Shown here: positions 59,948 through 64,000 of the stretch, in pieces
Layout: each line of letters starts with the position of its first letter
Numbering within the stretch: position 1 is the stretch's first letter
Source: Microcoleus sp.
GTDB lineage: Bacteria > Cyanobacteriota > Cyanobacteriia > Cyanobacteriales > Microcoleaceae
Length of the DNA: 64,000 nt
Reading direction: 5' to 3'
NCBI GenBank assembly: GCA_052279835.1
Contig: CP181291.1
Span: 4,992,001-5,056,000, forward strand
Notes under the pieces: model-generated
Database searches by the model: none
What the model saw: the letters and a program-made list of their open reading frames with translations, nothing else
Told to the model about the DNA's origin: nothing
Made by a program: the position numbers and the translations under genes

Positions 59948-62158
59948 TTATCCCCCGCCGCTAACTCCCTCCAATCGCAGGAAATGCACCCGGCCCGATC
60001 GATCGCCCGCTACAACTGTCACTCCATCAGGGGCGATCGCACAGCAACTAAACCCATACTCTCCACTAAAACTAGCAACCTCTTTGTAGCTAACCAAATC
60101 CCACACTTTTAGGGTGTTGTCGGATGAAGCGGAAACCGCTATGAGGCTATTTGGTGCGATCGCAACTGCTAATACCTCGTCAGTATGACCGGTGAGAGTT
60201 CTAGAAACAATCCCACTGAGCAAATCCCAGACTTTTAGGGTGTTATCGGATGAACCAGAAATCGCTATGAGGCCGTCTGGTGCGATCGCGACTGCTGTTA
60301 CATAGCCAGTATGACCGATGAGAGTTGTGAGTTCGGTGCCACTGAGCAAGTCCCAGACTTTTAAAGTGTTATCCCTTGAAGCGGAAATAGCTGTGAGGCC
60401 ATCTGGTGCAATCGCCACTGCTTCTACCCCCTCAGTATGACCTGTGAGAGTTCTCAGAAAAGTGCCAGTGAGTAAATCCAAGACTTTTAGGGTTTTATCC
60501 ATTGAAGCCAAAACCGCTGTTTTTCCGTCTGGTGCGATCGCGACTGCTAATACCGAGCTAGTATGATTGGTGAAAGTTGTAAGTGCAGTCCCACTCCTCA
60601 AATCCCAGACTTTTAGGATGTTATCCCTTGAACCGGAAACCGCTATGAGGCCGTCTGGTGCGATCGCCACTGCTAATACCAAGCTAGTATGACCAGTGAG
60701 GGTTGTGAGTTCGCTGCGACTATCCATATCCCAGACTTTTAGGGTTTTATCCATTGAAGCGGAAATTGCTGTTTTTCCATCTGGTGCGATCGCGACTGCT
60801 AATACCGACTCAGTATGATCGGTGAAAATTCTGATTTCTCTGCGACTGTCGATGTCCCAGACTTTTAGGCTGTGATCGGATGAAGCCGAAACCGCTGTTT
60901 TTCCGTTGGGTGCGATCGCCACTGCCAATACCCACTCAGTATGACCTGTGAGAGTTCTGAGTTCCTTGCCGATGTTCATGTCCCAGACTTTTAGGGTATG
61001 ATCCCTGGAAGCCGAAACCACTGTTTTTCCGTCTAGTGCGATCGCAAATGCTTCTACCAACTCAGTATGACCGCAGAGTATTTTGAGCAAGGTGCAACTG
61101 TCGATATCCCAGACTTTTAGGGTGCGAGCCCATGAAGCTGAAACTGCTGTTTTGCCGTCTGGTGCGATCGCGAATGCTTTTACCCCGTAATTATCACCTA
61201 TCAGAGTTTTGAATTCGTTCTCGTTGTCGATATCCCAGACTTTTAGGGTGTGATCCCGTGAAGCGAAAACTGCTGTTTTGCCGTCTGGTGCGATCGCGAC
61301 TGCTGTTATCAAGTCAGTATAATCGCTGAAAGTTCTGAGCAAGGTTCCGTTGTCTATATCCCAGAGTTTTAGGGTTTTATCCATTGAAGCGGAAATTGCT
61401 GTTTTTCCATCCGATGCGATCGCAAATGCAAATACCTCACGAGTATGACCAGTCAGGGTTTTGAGCAAGGTTCCGCTATTGATGTCCCAGACTTTTAGTG
61501 TGTTATCCTCTGAAGCAGAAACTACTGTTTTTCCGTCTGGTGCGATCGCCACTGCACGTACCCAGTCAGTATGGCCGATAAGAGTTCTGAGCAAAGTGCC
61601 ACTATCGATATGCCAGACTTTTAGGGTTTTATCCCATGAACCGGAAATCGCAGTTTTGCCGTTCGGTGCGATCGCCACTCCTGTTACCACGTTAGTATGA
61701 CCGACAAGCGTCCGCAGACACCCTTCTCCCGGTCGCTCTAAATTAGCCCTCAAAGGGCGCAGCCAGGGACTATTTTTCGACTGCTTGGCCTGTTCCAACA
61801 TCCCCTGAATCTGGGGAATTTCAAAACCTAGCAACCTGCCCCACAAATGCCCAGCCAATTGCGTTTTATCTATTTCCAAAACGTGCGCCGACTTCCGAAT
61901 TGCCCCTTGAATCAACCCCAAACTTTCACTTTGCCTCTCCGACAACAAAACATCAGAAACCCTCGCCAAATCGTAATCCTCAATTAACCCTTGAACCCCG
62001 ATCGCATCCAACTTCGCCTCAATAAAATCAAAATCCGTCAACAACTGATGCAACCGTTCCCCTTGAACACTCTCCGCCAAATGCCCCGGCAGAGTTTCCA
62101 AAGCATAAAGCCGCTTTTTCGGCGACAATTTCCCCAACCGTTCTTTAAACTTACTCAT
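59948..62158 (-). CDS. WD40-repeat protein (14 blades) with N-terminal helical domain
   Basis: GHT..V.AVAIAPDG...SAS.D.TLKVWD repeats at 42-aa period. N-terminal LPGHL...LLTDFDFIEAK...LIEDY is typical of the post-NACHT helical region. The start overlaps the upstream stop (ATGAGTAA). Confidence 0.95.
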   Translation of the reverse strand: MSKFKERLGKLSPKKRLYALETLPGHLAESVQGERLHQLLTDFDFIEAKLDAIGVQGLIEDYDLARVSDVLLSERQSESLGLIQGAIRKSAHVLEIDKTQLAGHLWGRLLGFEIPQIQGMLEQAKQSKNSPWLRPLRANLERPGEGCLRTLVGHTNVVTGVAIAPNGKTAISGSWDKTLKVWHIDSGTLLRTLIGHTDWVRAVAIAPDGKTVVSASEDNTLKVWDINSGTLLKTLTGHTREVFAFAIASDGKTAISASMDKTLKLWDIDNGTLLRTFSDYTDLITAVAIAPDGKTAVFASRDHTLKVWDIDNENEFKTLIGDNYGVKAFAIAPDGKTAVSASWARTLKVWDIDSCTLLKILCGHTELVEAFAIALDGKTVVSASRDHTLKVWDMNIGKELRTLTGHTEWVLAVAIAPNGKTAVSASSDHSLKVWDIDSRREIRIFTDHTESVLAVAIAPDGKTAISASMDKTLKVWDMDSRSELTTLTGHTSLVLAVAIAPDGLIAVSGSRDNILKVWDLRSGTALTTFTNHTSSVLAVAIAPDGKTAVLASMDKTLKVLDLLTGTFLRTLTGHTEGVEAVAIAPDGLTAISASRDNTLKVWDLLSGTELTTLIGHTGYVTAVAIAPDGLIAISGSSDNTLKVWDLLSGIVSRTLTGHTDEVLAVAIAPNSLIAVSASSDNTLKVWDLVSYKEVASFSGEYGFSCCAIAPDGVTVVAGDRSGRVHFLRLEGVSGGG

Positions 62159-64000
62159 CGCCGTACAAATCCTCCCACAAATTATCAGAAATCGCCGTTT
62201 CAATATCCCGCAGCGACACCCCAGCTTTCTGCACCACATCTATACGATGGAGAAATCTTTGGAAACTCGCGTGATAGATACTGTAATCGGGAGGACTATC
62301 ACCGCTACTGCGCAGAAACTGTTCCCAATCATCCAGAACTTCCTGCACATCCAAAGCATCTTCCTCAGCAAAATCCGCCAAAATATCGCAGCAAACCGGC
62401 TTGCGAGTTTTCGTCAACAAATAAATCACCTTCAACTTCCGGCGGCGCAATTCTTTATCTGGAATCGCCATTTCCATCCGCGCCCAATGCTTCTCATAAT
62501 ATCCTTTCAACTCCTTCGGCAAATCTTCCAAATTCACATCGCTGTACTTGCCGCTATCGATATCATTCAGCACGTAGCGCAGGTACATAAAATTGTTCTG
62601 GCTTTTTTGGGCCACCGCCTCCACAAACTGTTCGCGCTGCAAATTTTGACGGTTAATCCAACTCTGAATAGACGCGCTGTTCCCCGTGCGTTTATCAATA
62701 TAAACCTTGACATCCGCCAAACTTTCTGCACTGTACTGCATCAAATCAAAAACGTGATGATTACTTGGCAAATGCAGAGATTCCGGCCGCTTGGAAACAA
62801 TAAAATAAACATTATCCGGCAAAGCATCGGGCAAATACAAAACATTGCTGACGCGCCCCTGCAAACTCGAATCCACTTCATCCAGGGCATCGACGACAAT
62901 AATCAACTTTTTGCCGCCCAATTTAGCGCTGACTTCCCCCAACAATCGACTCAGAAAATTGCCATCTCTCGTCGCATTTTCCGGCAGTTGCGGATAATTT
63001 AGTTGAAAGCCTCGAATTAACTGAGTGCAGGCATTTTCCAGAAATTGTTCGGCGCGGACAATGCCTTGAGATTGCGAGTTAAAGTGGGCGACGCAGCGCC
63101 GCTTCAGCAGCAGCACTAACTTCGCCATAATTGAACTTTTCCCGACTCCCGGATCTGCTTCTAAAACAAAATAGCCTTTGGGATTTTTCTGCAAAAATTC
63201 GGCAATTGCTGCAAACACAAATCGCCGGCCGGTAAAGTCTTGAGTCCGGTCTGCAATAATCGTTTCGCACTCGTAGGGAAGTGGCAATCGAGGCGCGGAA
63301 GTATCAACAAATCGTTCCAGCAAATTCTGAATCTGCGCCAAATCGGATCGGATGCCAAGTTCTATTGATTCCAATTTCACCATCACTTGACAAATCTGCT
63401 GCTGCGTCGCCACCGCCTCCAACTTTTGCAGAATCTCCCCATTTTGCAGCCCCAAATCTCTCAATTCTGCCAAAGCAATTTGGTGAAGATTCAACAGCAT
63501 CGCCGCAAACTTTTCGCCTCCCTTCGCCGCATCCAGTTTCAGCACTTCGCGGTAGGCTTTCGGGAAAGTTGTATACAGCTTTTCCGCCACAAATTCCACA
63601 ATTTCCGCATCGAAGGATTTGCCCTCGCTGCGGGCGAATTCCTGCAGGAAACTTGCCCAATCTTCCGGTGTCAATCCCGTAACTCGATCGAACTCTTCGG
63701 CATCCGCAGAAAAAATCTTGGTTAGCTGGTCTTCGGAAATATTTAAACCCCTTGACAAGTCGGCTGTACTCGTGTTAATATCCAGCCAATATTCGGGAGT
63801 TTTTTCGGCTAATCGATCTAAAGCCCTTTCTGGGGAAGGCAATTTTTTGGTTTTGGCGATCGCAATTAATTCATCCGACTTCGCCACCTCTTTCAAAATA
63901 TAGCCGATCGCCTCACCCGCCGCTTTAGTCAAATCATGATTGTCCAGAATCCTCGGATTTTTTGCCAGTTTTTCCGTCATCCGATTTGCCACTTCATCCG
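62151..64000 (-). CDS. NACHT/STAND-type ATPase, N-terminus beyond window edge
   Basis: FTGRRFV, Walker A ADPGVGKS, Walker B IIVVDALDE, NFMYL, LPKELKGYY and YHASFQRFL. The frame is open to position 64000. Confidence 0.88.
   Translation of the reverse strand, partial: DEVANRMTEKLAKNPRILDNHDLTKAAGEAIGYILKEVAKSDELIAIAKTKKLPSPERALDRLAEKTPEYWLDINTSTADLSRGLNISEDQLTKIFSADAEEFDRVTGLTPEDWASFLQEFARSEGKSFDAEIVEFVAEKLYTTFPKAYREVLKLDAAKGGEKFAAMLLNLHQIALAELRDLGLQNGEILQKLEAVATQQQICQVMVKLESIELGIRSDLAQIQNLLERFVDTSAPRLPLPYECETIIADRTQDFTGRRFVFAAIAEFLQKNPKGYFVLEADPGVGKSSIMAKLVLLLKRRCVAHFNSQSQGIVRAEQFLENACTQLIRGFQLNYPQLPENATRDGNFLSRLLGEVSAKLGGKKLIIVVDALDEVDSSLQGRVSNVLYLPDALPDNVYFIVSKRPESLHLPSNHHVFDLMQYSAESLADVKVYIDKRTGNSASIQSWINRQNLQREQFVEAVAQKSQNNFMYLRYVLNDIDSGKYSDVNLEDLPKELKGYYEKHWARMEMAIPDKELRRRKLKVIYLLTKTRKPVCCDILADFAEEDALDVQEVLDDWEQFLRSSGDSPPDYSIYHASFQRFLHRIDVVQKAGVSLRDIETAISDNLWEDLYGDE

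Noticed and set aside
59948..62158. Diversity-generating retroelement acting on the WD40 repeats
   Set aside because: No reverse transcriptase or template repeat is seen, and the variation is not evidently adenine-specific.
61991..63903. Long plus-strand ORFs opposite the NACHT gene, and similar shadow ORFs opposite thrC, clpB, devB and larC
   Set aside because: Antisense shadows of well-supported genes with no motifs of their own.

Overview
A 64 kb chromosomal window from a filamentous cyanobacterium. Very frequent HIP1 octamers (GCGATCGC), heptamer STRR tracts and Microcoleus/Oscillatoria-style intergenic palindromes point to Oscillatoriales; this is inferred, not searched. The backbone is housekeeping or common genes: sppA (partial), rbgA/ylqF, pgk, desA, thrC, clpB, polA, recQ, larC, a Sua5/YciO-family gene, a beta-carbonic anhydrase, several His kinases, a REC-GGDEF-EAL protein and a Ser/Thr kinase. 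Accessory material is interspersed. (1) A three-gene operon: a PD-(D/E)xK nuclease fused to ParA, followed by two degenerate ParB-like proteins ending in HhH and Rho-N/HeH nucleic-acid-binding modules. This is my top candidate for an undescribed system. (2) A split NLR-like pair (NACHT/STAND ATPase plus a 14-blade WD40 protein with HIP1 in 13 of 14 blades). (3) A tnpB-only IS200/IS605 element and a separate 49-bp left-end/right-end fusion of the same family. (4) A decayed DUF262 gene next to an intact HEPN gene. (5) A DarT remnant fused to a DarG-like macrodomain. (6) A duplicated RHH pair with a palindrome and a nonsense-disrupted small gene. (7) A TetR-devB-vat-devC-devA efflux/acetyltransferase operon. 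(8) Palindromic repeats expanded in frame inside larC. I saw no rRNA, tRNA or CRISPR array. All family assignments come from motif recognition by eye; no database search was run.
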